The notes: a model not told the origin generated them from the letters alone. Shown: positions 10,404-20,570, numbered from the stretch's first letter. The stretch is 64,000 nt of DNA from Myxococcota bacterium (GCA_965250285.1 OZ252299.1:2976001-3040000), one strand, 5' to 3'. Program-made: numbers and translations.

Positions 10404-10461
10404 GCCCCGGCGGCGAAGCCGAACTGCCCCTCCCCGCAAGCGCCCCACCGAGGCAAGACCG

Positions 10462-11601
10462 ATGGATCTGAAGTTCAACGAAGAGCAGCTCGAGCTGCGC
10501 GCCATGGCCGAGAGCTTCCTCGAAGAGCACTCGGGCAGCGAGCAGGTTCGCGCGGCCGCCGAGAGCGAGCTTGGCTACGACGAGAAGGTCTGGGAGCAGG
10601 TGGCGACCGAGCTCGGCTGGGCGGCGGTCCACATCCCCGAAGCCTACGGCGGCCTCGGCCTCGAGTACGCCGATCTCGTGGCGCTCGTCGAAGTGATGGG
10701 AGGCGCCCTCTTCTGCAGCCCCTTCTTCGGCACCGTCGCGCTCGGCGCCAACGCCCTGCTCGTCGGCGGCGACGAGGCACAGAAGCAGCAGTGGCTGCCC
10801 GGCATCGCCGAGGGAACGACCCGAGCCACGCTCGCGGTCGCCGAAGAGAATGGACTCGCGGGGGCAGAAGGCGTCGAGGCCAGCTTCACGCGGGAGGGCG
10901 ACGATTTCGTACTGCGCGGCGCCAAGCGCTACGTGGTCGACGGTCACGTCGCTGACCTGATCATCGTCGCGGCGCGCGCCGAGGGCACGACGGGGCGCGA
11001 GGGCATCGGCCTCTTTCTCGTGCCGGCCGACTCGCCCGGCGTCGAGCGCCGCGCGCTGCCCACGCTCGACCAGACCCGACGCCTCGCCGAGGTCGTGCTC
11101 GACGGCGTGCGTGTCGGCGCCAACGCCTCGCTCGGCACGGCCGGCCAGGCCGCGCCGATGCTCGAGAAGACGCTGCACCTCGCGGCCATCGCCCTGGCCG
11201 CCGAGCAGGTCGGAGGCGCCGAGCGGTGCCTGCAGATGGCGGTGGCGTACGCCCAGGAGCGCGAGCAGTTCGGACGTGTGATCGGGTCGTTCCAGGCGAT
11301 CAAGCACAAGTGCGCCGACATGATGGTGCTCGTCGAGGCAGCGCGGTCGGCGGTGTACTACGCCGCGTGCGCAGCCACGGACGACACCGACGAGCTGCCG
11401 GCGGTGGCCTCGCTCGCGAAGGCATACTGCTCCGACGCCTACTTCCAGTGCGCCGCCGACAACATCCAGATTCACGGCGGCGTCGGCTTCACCTGGGAGT
11501 ACGACTGCCACCTGCACTTCAAGCGCGCCAAGTCGAGCGAGAGCCTGCTCGGCGATCCGCCCCACCATCGCGAGCAGGTCGCGCAGGCGATCGGGCTCTA
11601 G
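10462..11601 (+). CDS. Acyl-CoA dehydrogenase (FadE33/IpdE2-like partner subunit)
   Basis: REQFGRVIGSFQAIKH, IQIHGGVGFTWE. Confidence 0.85.
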   Translation: MDLKFNEEQLELRAMAESFLEEHSGSEQVRAAAESELGYDEKVWEQVATELGWAAVHIPEAYGGLGLEYADLVALVEVMGGALFCSPFFGTVALGANALLVGGDEAQKQQWLPGIAEGTTRATLAVAEENGLAGAEGVEASFTREGDDFVLRGAKRYVVDGHVADLIIVAARAEGTTGREGIGLFLVPADSPGVERRALPTLDQTRRLAEVVLDGVRVGANASLGTAGQAAPMLEKTLHLAAIALAAEQVGGAERCLQMAVAYAQEREQFGRVIGSFQAIKHKCADMMVLVEAARSAVYYAACAATDDTDELPAVASLAKAYCSDAYFQCAADNIQIHGGVGFTWEYDCHLHFKRAKSSESLLGDPPHHREQVAQAIGL

Positions 11602-11603
11602 CG

Positions 11604-12380
11604 GTGGACGCCCTCGACTTCTCGGGCAAGGCCGTCATCGTCACCGGCGGCACGAAGGGCGTCGGGCGCGGCATCACGACGCGCTTCCTCGAGCAGGGCG
11701 CCGACGTCGTCGTCTGCGGGCGCAGCGAGCCCGATGCGCCGATCCAGGCGGGCGGACGCGAGGCCCGGTTCATCGCCGCAGACGTGCGCGACGTCGAGCA
11801 GGTGCAAACGGTCGTCGACTTCGCGAAGGAACGATGCGGACGGCTCGACGTGCTCGTGAACAACGCGGGCGGGGCACCCGAGGCCGATGCCGCGACCGCC
11901 TCGCCTCGATTCACCGAAGCGATCGTCCGCCTCAACATGCTCGCGCCGATCAACTTCGCGCAGGCGGCGAACGCGGTGATGCAGAGCCAGGACGAGGGCG
12001 GCTCCATCGTGAACATCGCGAGCGTATCGGGCGTGCGCCCCTCACCCGGCACTGCCGCCTATGGCGCGGCCAAGGCAGGCCTTCTGTCGTTCACGACGAC
12101 GGTCGCTGTCGAGTGGGCACCCAAGGTGCGCGTCAACGCCGTGACGGCGGGCATGATCCGAACGGAGCAGGCTCACCTGCACTACGGTGACGAAGAGGGC
12201 ATCGCAGCGGTCGGCGCGACCGTGCCGCTCGGCCGCATGGGCGAGCCCGACGACGTCGGCGACACCTGCCTCTATCTCGCGTCCCCCCTCGCCCGCTACG
12301 TGAGCGGCGCGAACGTGCTGCTGCACGGCGGGGGCGAAGCGCCGGCGTTCCTCGCGGCGGCGAAGAACAAGAGCGCCTGA
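11604..12380 (+). CDS. Short-chain dehydrogenase/reductase
   Basis: TGGTKGVG, NNAGG, YGAAK; GTG start 2 nt after the upstream stop. Confidence 0.88.
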   Translation: MDALDFSGKAVIVTGGTKGVGRGITTRFLEQGADVVVCGRSEPDAPIQAGGREARFIAADVRDVEQVQTVVDFAKERCGRLDVLVNNAGGAPEADAATASPRFTEAIVRLNMLAPINFAQAANAVMQSQDEGGSIVNIASVSGVRPSPGTAAYGAAKAGLLSFTTTVAVEWAPKVRVNAVTAGMIRTEQAHLHYGDEEGIAAVGATVPLGRMGEPDDVGDTCLYLASPLARYVSGANVLLHGGGEAPAFLAAAKNKSA

Positions 12381-12403
12381 ACTGCGACCACAAGGAGCCC
12401 CCG

Positions 12404-12865
12404 ATGGCCACCGTCTTCGAATCACCCAAAGACCTGATCGGCAAGGAAGGCACCGAGCTCGGCGTGAGCGACTGGCTCGAGATCGACCAGGAGCGCATCA
12501 ACACGTTCGCCGACGCGACGGGCGACCATCAGTGGATCCACGTCGATCCCGAGCGCGCGAAGCAGGGCCCGTTCGGCGCGCCCATCGCGCACGGCTACCT
12601 CACGATGTCGCTCGTGAACAAGTTCCTGCCCGAGACGGTCGAGGTGCGCGGCATCTCGATGGGCGTCAACTACGGCTCGGACAAGCTTCGCTTTCCCGCG
12701 CCGGTCCCGGTCGGCTCGCGCATCCGCGGTCGGTCGGAGCTGATCAAGGTCGAAGAGGTGAAGGGCGGCGCCATCCAGGCGACGATCCGCGTGACCGTCG
12801 AGATCGACGGCGGCGAACGCCCCGCCTGCGTGGTCGACACGATCAGCCGCTACGTCCCCGCCTGA
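12404..12865 (+). CDS. MaoC-family (hot-dog fold) dehydratase
   Basis: FADATGDHQWIHVDPERA, IAHGYLT; AAGGAG RBS. Confidence 0.9.
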   Translation: MATVFESPKDLIGKEGTELGVSDWLEIDQERINTFADATGDHQWIHVDPERAKQGPFGAPIAHGYLTMSLVNKFLPETVEVRGISMGVNYGSDKLRFPAPVPVGSRIRGRSELIKVEEVKGGAIQATIRVTVEIDGGERPACVVDTISRYVPA

Positions 12866-13791
12866 TCCGACCGCGCGGCCCCAGCGCCTGCGTCAGGCCG
12901 CCGGCCCTTTCGAGACGCCGCCGGCCCTTTCGAGACCACGGCTCGAGGCGGTGCGGGCACCGCGGTCGCCGCGCGTGCGCCGATGAAGAGCGCGTCGCGT
13001 TCGGCCTGGGGCACGAACGAACCGGCCCAGCCGACGCGCTGCCGGGCCGCGCGCAGCCGCTGGGCATCGTCGACGAAGAACGCCTTCAGCGTCTCGATCG
13101 ACGCCTGCACCTCGGCGCGATCGAGTCGGGCACCGCGCTGCTCGAGCAACGCGTCGAAGAGCCTGGCCAGCAGTGCATCCGACTCCCCATCGAGATAGCT
13201 TCGAATCGGTTCGAGCCAGCCCCGACCCAGGCGGCGCACGGCGACGAACCGCGTGCCCTTGGCCGCCGGCAGCTCGGGCAAGCGGCTCTTCGGCTCGAGG
13301 TGACCGATGTGCCCGCACAGCGCGACCAGCGCATCGAACGCCTCCCGGGCGCGCCAGCGCGGCCGAAAGCAGCCGTGCCATCGCAGGTCGAGATGTGCGT
13401 AGGCATCGAGCTGAGAGGCGATGCAGAGCCAGGTCTGGCCCTCGACCTCACCGGTCCCGATCGCCGGGTAGAGAAAGTCGTACGCGCCATCGACGTTGTA
13501 CTCGGGCCGGAGCTCGCGGATCAGCTCGTTCTCGCGCAACAGCGCGCTCGTCTCGGTGTCGCAGGGCCGCACCTCGAGGGTGTGGGCGACGCGCACGAGC
13601 TCGCGCATCTTGCGGTGGGCCTTTCGGCGGCTGGCATTGCGGTACTGCGCCAGGCGTCTGCGCACGTTCTTGGCCTTGCCGACGTAGAGCACCGCGCCCT
13701 GCTCGTCTCGAAACAGGTAGACGGCCGGTGCCTCGGGCAGACTCCGAAGCAGATCGACGCCGAACTTTCGGTCGAAGCGACGCAGCCCCAT
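12850..13791 (-). CDS. GIY-YIG nuclease with UvrC/Cho-like N-terminal domain
   Basis: LPEAPAVYLFRD..LYVGKAKNVRRRL..ALLRENELI..PEYN. Confidence 0.85.
   Translation of the reverse strand: MGLRRFDRKFGVDLLRSLPEAPAVYLFRDEQGAVLYVGKAKNVRRRLAQYRNASRRKAHRKMRELVRVAHTLEVRPCDTETSALLRENELIRELRPEYNVDGAYDFLYPAIGTGEVEGQTWLCIASQLDAYAHLDLRWHGCFRPRWRAREAFDALVALCGHIGHLEPKSRLPELPAAKGTRFVAVRRLGRGWLEPIRSYLDGESDALLARLFDALLEQRGARLDRAEVQASIETLKAFFVDDAQRLRAARQRVGWAGSFVPQAERDALFIGARAATAVPAPPRAVVSKGPAASRKGRRPDAGAGAARSDQAGT
12897..12936. repeat. Perfect 20-bp tandem duplication
   Basis: GCCGCCGGCCCTTTCGAGAC twice, at 12897 and 12917. Confidence 0.9.
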
Positions 13792-13830
13792 CGATCGGCA
13801 GCGTAGGCGATCGTCGACCTCTGCGCGCCC

Positions 13831-15030
13831 TCAGGGCTGCATCTGGCGCAGGAGCCCTTCGATCTCAGCGGCGCCGAAGTACTTCGGAGCCGGGTAGTTC
13901 AGGTGCGCCTCGGCGGCGGCCTGTGCCGCGATCGCCGGCACATCGGTCGGCTGCAGCACGTCGAGTGTGGACGGGATGTCGATCTTCGACATCAGATCGC
14001 GGACGGCGGCAATGAAGCCATCGGCGAGTGCGGCGTCGCCGTGCCCTTCGACCCCGATCAAGCGACCGAGCGCCGCGAGCTGCGGGCCGGCCTTCTCCTT
14101 CGACGCTTCGAGCACGTGGGGGAGCGCGATGGCGTTCGCCAGACCGTGGGGTGTGCCGTAGAACGCGCCGAAGGTGTGTGCGATCGCATGGACGTAGCCC
14201 ACGCTCGTCCGCGTGAAGGCGAGCCCCGCGTAGTACGAGGCGAGCGCCATGGCCTTGCGCGCCGCGAGATCGTCCCCGCGATGCACCGCGGTCGGCAGGT
14301 GTTCGAAGATGAGCCGAACGGCATCGGACGCCCAGGCTTCGGTCTGGGGGTTCGACATGCGCGAGAGGGTCGACTCGACCGCGTGCGTGAGCGCATCCAT
14401 GCCGGTGGCGGCGGTGATCTTCGGGGGGAGCCCCGTCATGAGCGTCGGGTCGAGGGCCGCCATGCGCGGCAGGAGCTTCGGATCGACGAAGAACTTCTTC
14501 GCGTGCGACTGCGGATCGGATACGACGGCCGCGAGCGTCACCTCGCTGCCCGTCCCCGCCGTCGTCGGCAATGCATACAGCGGCGCGGTCGCTTCGCGCA
14601 CCTTCATGCTGCCTTCGAGCTGCGCGAGCGGGCCGCGGTTCGTCGCCATCGCGGCGATCACCTTCGCGGCATCGATCGAAGACCCACCGCCGACGGCGAG
14701 GATCGCGTCGCAGCCATCGGCGTCGTACAGCGCGAGACCGGCTTCGACCTGATCGAAGACCGGATCGGGCTCGACCCCCGAGTAGACCGACACCGCGAGG
14801 TTCGAAGCCGCGAGCGTCGACTCGACGCGGCCCACGATGCCGACGCGAACCAGCCCGGCATCGGTGACGATGAGGACGCGCGTGGCGCCGCCTTGACCGA
14901 TCGCCTCGCACAGCTCGCGGGTGGCGTCGCTGCCGACGAACGTGACCGGCACCCGATCGGGGATGAACCGCACCATCATGCTGCCGAGCGGCAGAACGGC
15001 GTGGTGGACCATCTTCTTGAATCGCGACAT
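13831..15030 (-). CDS. Iron-containing alcohol dehydrogenase
   Basis: GGGSSIDAAK, PTTAGTGSE, GMDALTHAVE, HAIAH, PHGLAN. Confidence 0.93.
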   Translation of the reverse strand: MSRFKKMVHHAVLPLGSMMVRFIPDRVPVTFVGSDATRELCEAIGQGGATRVLIVTDAGLVRVGIVGRVESTLAASNLAVSVYSGVEPDPVFDQVEAGLALYDADGCDAILAVGGGSSIDAAKVIAAMATNRGPLAQLEGSMKVREATAPLYALPTTAGTGSEVTLAAVVSDPQSHAKKFFVDPKLLPRMAALDPTLMTGLPPKITAATGMDALTHAVESTLSRMSNPQTEAWASDAVRLIFEHLPTAVHRGDDLAARKAMALASYYAGLAFTRTSVGYVHAIAHTFGAFYGTPHGLANAIALPHVLEASKEKAGPQLAALGRLIGVEGHGDAALADGFIAAVRDLMSKIDIPSTLDVLQPTDVPAIAAQAAAEAHLNYPAPKYFGAAEIEGLLRQMQP

Positions 15031-15213
15031 GGCTCGGCGCCTTTTCCTCTGTGGTCTGGACCCGGCGAAGCTAGCAGAGCGCCGGGGGGAGGAAGCCTCA
15101 CGGTGCTGGCCTCGCGCGGGCAGCCACGGCCGACGTCGACGCGGCTCGCGCGCACGGGATCGAGTCTGCTAGAACCAGGGAGACGTTCTTGCACGTCGAA
15201 GGAGGAGCCCCAC

Positions 15214-15384
15214 ATGATCATCGTGAAGCTGATCTTCGCGTTCCTGCTCCCGCCAGTGACCGCGTACCTGCAGGTCGGGATCACGACACACTTCTGGATC
15301 AACCTGGCGCTCACGATCCTCGGCGGCCTGCCCGGGATCCTCCACGCACTCTGGCTCGTCTTCAGCGACCGGCAGCCCGACTAG
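15214..15384 (+). CDS. YqaE/Pmp3 family small membrane protein
   Basis: 56 aa, FLLPP..FWINLALTILGGLPGILHALW; GGAGGAG RBS. Confidence 0.88.
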   Translation: MIIVKLIFAFLLPPVTAYLQVGITTHFWINLALTILGGLPGILHALWLVFSDRQPD

Positions 15385-15404
15385 GCGGTGGGCTACACGC
15401 CGCC

Positions 15405-16388
15405 ATGGAGCTCGTCGTCAGCTACGACATGCGCGCGCCCGACTTCGGCGCGCCGGCCACCGATCTCTACGCCGCGGCCCTCGACCAGGCCGCGTGGGCC
15501 GACGAGCTCGGTTTCGACCTGATCGGCCTCGGCGAGCATCACGCGAGCCCCGACGGATACAACCCTTCGCCCCTCATTCTCGCCGCAGCTATGGGCGCGC
15601 GAACGCGACGCATTCGCCTGCGCACGTCGGTGCTGCTCGCGCCGCTCTACGACCCGGTGAAGCTGGCCGAAGACGCGGCCGTCACCCAGATCGCGACGGG
15701 CGGACGCCTGCTGCTGGGCGTCGGCGGCGGCTACCGGCCCGCCGAGTTCGAGCTCTTCGACAAGCGCCTCGAAGATCGCTGGAAGGCGATCGGAGACACG
15801 ATCGCCTTCCTTCGGCTGGCGTTCACCGGCGAGCCCTTCGAGTGGCAGGGGCGCACCTGCCACGTCACCCCGAAGCCCGATCCCCCGCCGCCGATCCTGC
15901 TCGGCGGCAGCTCGGCCGCCGCGGCCCGTCGAGCCGCTCGCATCGCCGACGGCTGGTTCCCGCCGCTCGAGCCAAAGCTCTGGCCGCCGTACCGCGATGC
16001 GTGCATCGAGCTCGGCAAGGCCGATCCGGGTCCCTATCCGGCGCATGGCCCGATCTTTCTCTGGATCGCGAAGGACGTCGAAGCCGCGTGGCAGCGCATC
16101 CTCCCGCACGCGCTGCATCAGCTCCGCTCGTATGCGAGCTGGACGGCCGAGTCGTTCGGCAAGCCGGCCGGACCGTATGCCGCCGGCGTCACCGAAGCGA
16201 CGGTGCGGGAGGGAGGCGCGTACCGCGTCGCGACCCCCGAAGAGGCGATCGAGCTCGCCGAGTCACTCGGCTCCGATGGCGTGTTCTACCTGAATCCGCT
16301 GCTCGCCGGCATCGCACCCGACGAGTCGTGGGCGATGCTGCGCCTCTACGAACGCGAGGTGCACCCGTACGTGCGCCCGGCGGGCTAG
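15405..16388 (+). CDS. LLM-class flavin-dependent oxidoreductase
   Basis: ADELGFD..GEHH, PLYDPVKLAED, GRLLLGVGGGYR. Confidence 0.9.
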   Translation: MELVVSYDMRAPDFGAPATDLYAAALDQAAWADELGFDLIGLGEHHASPDGYNPSPLILAAAMGARTRRIRLRTSVLLAPLYDPVKLAEDAAVTQIATGGRLLLGVGGGYRPAEFELFDKRLEDRWKAIGDTIAFLRLAFTGEPFEWQGRTCHVTPKPDPPPPILLGGSSAAAARRAARIADGWFPPLEPKLWPPYRDACIELGKADPGPYPAHGPIFLWIAKDVEAAWQRILPHALHQLRSYASWTAESFGKPAGPYAAGVTEATVREGGAYRVATPEEAIELAESLGSDGVFYLNPLLAGIAPDESWAMLRLYEREVHPYVRPAG

Positions 16389-17092
16389 GGTGCGCCGGGC
16401 CCTGCGCCGGCCGGCTTGCGAAAGATCACCACGTGCTGTCGCGGCAGCGCCCCGTCCGTGCGCTCCCAGGCGAGACCCAGGCGTTCGATCTCGCGCCGAA
16501 CCTGAGCCTCACTCATCTTGTGCAGCGGTTTGATCGGGACCGAAGGATCTTCTTCGCGATACTCGACGAGCACGAGCCGGCCGCCCGGGCGAAGCGCGCG
16601 CACCATCGCTGCGCCCATCTCCGCCGGATGCGAGAACTCGTGATATGCGTCGACGATGAGGATCAGGTCGACGCCGGCCTCGGGTAGGCCCGGATCGCGC
16701 GTCTGCCCGAGAATCGTCCGAACGTTCTCGACCCCGCGCTCGCGCTTGCGCACCTCGATGATCGCCAGCATCTCGGGCTGGATGTCGACCGCGAGCACGC
16801 TGCCGCGCGAAACGCGCTCGGCCATCGGGAAAGCGAAGAAGCCGGTGCCGGCGCCGATGTCGGCGACGACGTCGTCCGGCTCGACGGGCAGGATCTCGAC
16901 GAGCTTCGACGTGCCTTCCTCGCGGTCGCGGCTCGAGCGCTCGAGCCAGCCGGCGCCGCGGTGGCCCATCACCTGGGCGATCTCGCGCCCCATGTAGAAT
17001 CGACCGGTTCCGTCGCGACTCGCGCGCCGGGTCTCATAGAGCGCACCGCTGCCCGCGGCCGCCACCGACAGCAACGCGAGCAAGGCGAGCAC
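16385..17092 (-). CDS. Exported class I SAM-dependent methyltransferase (start approximate)
   Basis: VADIGAGTG, AVDIQPEM, VDAYHEF; hydrophobic N-terminus. Confidence 0.85.
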   Translation of the reverse strand: MLALLALLSVAAAGSGALYETRRASRDGTGRFYMGREIAQVMGHRGAGWLERSSRDREEGTSKLVEILPVEPDDVVADIGAGTGFFAFPMAERVSRGSVLAVDIQPEMLAIIEVRKRERGVENVRTILGQTRDPGLPEAGVDLILIVDAYHEFSHPAEMGAAMVRALRPGGRLVLVEYREEDPSVPIKPLHKMSEAQVRREIERLGLAWERTDGALPRQHVVIFRKPAGAGPGAP

Positions 17093-17148
17093 GAAGGCGC
17101 GCCGCGCACGCGCCGCGCACGGTCTCGGGATGGGCCGATCGTTCGGGC

Positions 17149-17442
17149 TCAGACTTCGAATTCGTCGCCCGACGGATGATGCTGGTCGTAGAGGCGCTGG
17201 TACTCGTCGAGACTCGTGACGCCGTCGCCATCGAGGTCGCTGTCTGCGAACGAGACACCGTACTCCTGCAGACCGGCTCCCTCGTACTCGGCCTGGGTCA
17301 GCGCGCCGTCGCCGTCCTCGTCGGCCTTGTCGAAGATGTGCTGCACCATCGACGTAGCGCCGCAGCCCGGTCCCGCCCAGGCGGCGGTGCCGAAGAAGCT
17401 GGCGATCGCGATCAGAATCGAAAGAATCAGTGTGCGTCGCAT
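17149..17442 (-). CDS. Small secreted EF-hand protein
   Basis: Signal peptide plus DEDGDGALTQAE and DLDGDGVTSLDE loops; alternative start at 17469. Confidence 0.8.
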   Translation of the reverse strand: MRRTLILSILIAIASFFGTAAWAGPGCGATSMVQHIFDKADEDGDGALTQAEYEGAGLQEYGVSFADSDLDGDGVTSLDEYQRLYDQHHPSGDEFEV

Positions 17443-17671
17443 GCGGTGGATCCTCGCTTGAGAGTTCATCGTTTCGATGCCCCGACGCGCGAAGCCGTCA
17501 CCGCCGACCGACACGACCCCGGGGACCCGTGCCGACGCTGACGCACGTCGCCGGCGCTGTCCAGATTCGCACCGCCACACCTTGCGGCTTCCCACTCCCA
17601 GGCCGAGCCCATATGCTCGGCCTCTCGGCGGTCGCCCCCGGCCGCCGCGCGCGCCCCGGTCGGGATCTGCC

Positions 17672-18223
17672 TTGGACACCGCAGCCGCCCTCCTCCTGGT
17701 CGTCTACCTCGTGCCCTTCGCCGTCGCGGAGGCCTATGGGCACCGGCATCGTTACGCGGTGCTCGCACTGAACATGCTGACGGGCTGGACTGGCGTCGGA
17801 TGGGTCGCCGCGCTCGTGTGGGCGCTGCGCGCGCGGCCTCGCCCCGCGCCCCCGCCGCCCCAGCTGTACGTCGTCGGGCAGCCGCCGCCCGTCGAGCTGC
17901 CCGGTTTCTGGCGCACGACCTGGCCCGCGACGTGGATGGCGATCGCGGTCTGCGCAGCGGGTGCCGGGCTCTTCCTGCTGCCGGCCACCCCGCCCGAGCG
18001 CGTCGAGGTCTCGACCCGCGCCGGTCTGGCGGTCGAGCGCACCGAGCTGCGCGCCGGCCCGAGCGACGCCTGGCCGCGCGACGGTGTCCTCGAGCAACCC
18101 TGTCAGCTGCACGTGAGCGCGCGCCAGGGTGACTGGCGGCGGGTGTGGCCCCTCTCGCCGTGCGGCGGAGACAGCGCGAGCAGCGCCGGATGGCTGCGCG
18201 CCAGCGACCTCACCGCACACTGA
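17672..18223 (+). CDS. Superinfection-immunity (Imm-like) membrane domain plus a C-terminal SH3-like domain (start uncertain)
   Basis: YLVP..A..H.H..VLALNMLTGWTGVGWVAALVWA; later LRAGPS..W.RV..GWL. Confidence 0.65.
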   Translation: MDTAAALLLVVYLVPFAVAEAYGHRHRYAVLALNMLTGWTGVGWVAALVWALRARPRPAPPPPQLYVVGQPPPVELPGFWRTTWPATWMAIAVCAAGAGLFLLPATPPERVEVSTRAGLAVERTELRAGPSDAWPRDGVLEQPCQLHVSARQGDWRRVWPLSPCGGDSASSAGWLRASDLTAH

Positions 18224-18232
18224 GGCCGCACC

Positions 18233-19534
18233 TCAGCCGCCGACGACCGCCCCCGGTGTGAATCGACAGGGCATGCGCTTGATGCCGTGGACGAAGTTCG
18301 ACACGAGCCGCTCGGGGTCGCCGGTGATCTCGAGATCGGGCATGCGGTCGAAGATCTGCCGAAACATCACGCGGATCTCGCGCCGCGCGAGGTTCGCCCC
18401 CATGCAGTAGTGCGGTCCGGGTCCACCGAAGCCAACGTGTTCGTTCGGCGTGCGCAACACGTCGAACGCGTAGGGATCGTCGAAGACGGCGGCGTCGCGG
18501 TTGGCCGACGCGTACCAGAGGGCGAGCTTGTCGCCGGCCTTCAGCGGCACGCCCGAGAGCTCGGTGTCCTGCGTACAGGTGCGGCGCATGTGGATCACGG
18601 GGCTCGCCCACCGCACGATCTCGTCGACCGCCGTGCCCGCGTGCCCTTCGAAATCGTCGGCCCAGATCCGGCGCTGATCCGGGTAGTCGCAGAGCGCCTT
18701 CATCCCGTGGCTGATGGCGTTGCGCGTCGTCTCGTTGCCGGCGACGACGAGCAGGATGAAGAACGAAGAGAGCTCTGCGTCGGTCATCACTTCGTCGTCT
18801 TCGGCCGCGGTGATGATCGCCGTCGTGAGGTCTTCGGTCGGGTTCTTGCGGCGGTCGGCCGCCATGTCCTTCATCAGCGCGTCGAGCTGTCCGCCCGCCT
18901 CCATCGCTGCCGCGATCGGGTTGTTGCCCGGCGTGACGTAGTCGGGATCGGCGAGACCGAGGATCACGTTCGACTTCTCGAAGACCATCTCGCGCTGGCT
19001 GTCGGGGATCCCCATCATGTCGCAGATGATCTCGAGCGGGAGCGGTGCGGCGATGTCGGCGACGAAGTCGCATTCTCCCTTCTCGATGATGCGGTCGACG
19101 ATCTTCGAGGCGAGCGCGTCGATGCCCGACTCGATGCGACCGAGAGCGCGGGGCGTGAAGCCGCGCGAAACGATGCGCCGCTGCTTGCCGTGGCGAGGAT
19201 CATCGAGGTTGATCATGCCGCCGAAGAACTCGAGCATCATCGGCGGCAGGTCCATGATCGAGGTCGCGCCCTTGCCCGAGCAGTAGATCTCGGGGTTTCG
19301 GCTGATCTCGAGGATGTCGGCGTGCCGCGTGACGCTGTAGAAGCCGGGTCCCTTCGGCAGCGGGATGTCGGGCGGCGGCTCGAGCTCCTCCATGAACCGA
19401 ATCGGATCTTCGTTGCGCAGGGTCTCGAAGCCGCCCTCCCGCTCTTCGATGGACGCCGTCCAGAAGTCCTCGCCCATCAGATCGATCTCTTCGAGCGCCC
19501 AGCGCTTCACCGGCTTCATCTCTCGGCTCCCCAT
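18233..19534 (-). CDS. Cytochrome P450, CYP124/125-like
   Basis: FFILLVVAGNETTRNAI, EIVR, GFGGPGPHYCMGANLAR; alternative start at 19519. Confidence 0.92.
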   Translation of the reverse strand: MGSREMKPVKRWALEEIDLMGEDFWTASIEEREGGFETLRNEDPIRFMEELEPPPDIPLPKGPGFYSVTRHADILEISRNPEIYCSGKGATSIMDLPPMMLEFFGGMINLDDPRHGKQRRIVSRGFTPRALGRIESGIDALASKIVDRIIEKGECDFVADIAAPLPLEIICDMMGIPDSQREMVFEKSNVILGLADPDYVTPGNNPIAAAMEAGGQLDALMKDMAADRRKNPTEDLTTAIITAAEDDEVMTDAELSSFFILLVVAGNETTRNAISHGMKALCDYPDQRRIWADDFEGHAGTAVDEIVRWASPVIHMRRTCTQDTELSGVPLKAGDKLALWYASANRDAAVFDDPYAFDVLRTPNEHVGFGGPGPHYCMGANLARREIRVMFRQIFDRMPDLEITGDPERLVSNFVHGIKRMPCRFTPGAVVGG

Positions 19535-19776
19535 TTCGGCCGACCGCTTCAGGCGCCCGGTTCGTCGGAGTATCCACGCCTCTCGCCAGCGCGCGAGCCG
19601 CGGCGCAACACACGATTCGCGATCGCCCAACCCCCCGAATCCGTTGATGTTCCCGCCGGCGCACCGCACCGGCGGCCGGTCTGCGACTCGTGCCGAAGCG
19701 GCGAATGACCGATGAGCCTCGACGGACGCATGCAGCCGACCGGCTGGTATCATGCGGCCCGCAACCGGGGGGTTCG

Positions 19777-20514
19777 ATGCAGCTTCATTCTCAGCGCGCT
19801 CGTCGCGCCGGCCGGACGGCCCGCGTGGTCGGCGGGGTCGCCGCCGTGGTGTTCGCCCTGTCGAGCCCGGCGGCCGCGCAGCCCGAGGAGCAGGACGCCG
19901 AGAGCGCGACCCCCGCCCCGCCCCCGACGCAGCCCATCGACACCTCGAAGCACGGCACGGTCGAAGCCGAGATCCCGCCCAATCGCGAGAGCACCACCGG
20001 CGTGCCCAACCGCGAGCAGGTGAAGGACCGCCTCACCGAGCCGCGCTGGGATCGAGGCGGCTACTTCCTGGGGCTCGGCGGTCACTACGCGATCGAGTTC
20101 ACGGAGCAGATCGGCGGCAGCGACGCGTTCGCGAGTGGCGGCGGGGTGTCGATGCGTGTCGGGCTCAAGCACAACCGGTTCTGGCAGACCGAATTCACCG
20201 GCATGTACACGTCGAAGTTCAAGCAGGACGGCGTCGACTTCTTCGCCTGGGGTGTGCACTTCGGCGAGCGCTTCTATCTGACGAAGACGCGGCTCCAGCC
20301 CTACGTCGGGGCGCATGTCGGGTTCTTGCAATACCGCGGCACGAACTACCGGGGCGGTGACTTCGGCTTCGTGCCCAAGTTCAACGCTGGGCTGAACTTC
20401 TATCAGCGACAGACGTTCAACTGGGAGCTCGACATCTCGTACTACCTGGGCGAGATCGGATCGGCCCGAGACGGCAGCTTCGCGACGGCCACGTTCGGCT
20501 TCACCTGGTTCTGA
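19777..20514 (+). CDS. Outer-membrane beta-barrel protein
   Basis: Signal peptide, alternating aromatic/Gly strands, C-terminal FGFTWF. Confidence 0.7.
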   Translation: MQLHSQRARRAGRTARVVGGVAAVVFALSSPAAAQPEEQDAESATPAPPPTQPIDTSKHGTVEAEIPPNRESTTGVPNREQVKDRLTEPRWDRGGYFLGLGGHYAIEFTEQIGGSDAFASGGGVSMRVGLKHNRFWQTEFTGMYTSKFKQDGVDFFAWGVHFGERFYLTKTRLQPYVGAHVGFLQYRGTNYRGGDFGFVPKFNAGLNFYQRQTFNWELDISYYLGEIGSARDGSFATATFGFTWF

Positions 20515-20570
20515 GCGGCGGATCCCGCCGCCGCCACCGGCGCTATGCTGCGCCCCTCTCGCGAGGGTGC

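Noticed and set aside
1423..10505. Very long antisense ORFs (1423-3834, 6885-10505 and similar ones elsewhere)
   Set aside because: Shadows of high-GC3 genes on the opposite strand, with no recognisable motifs
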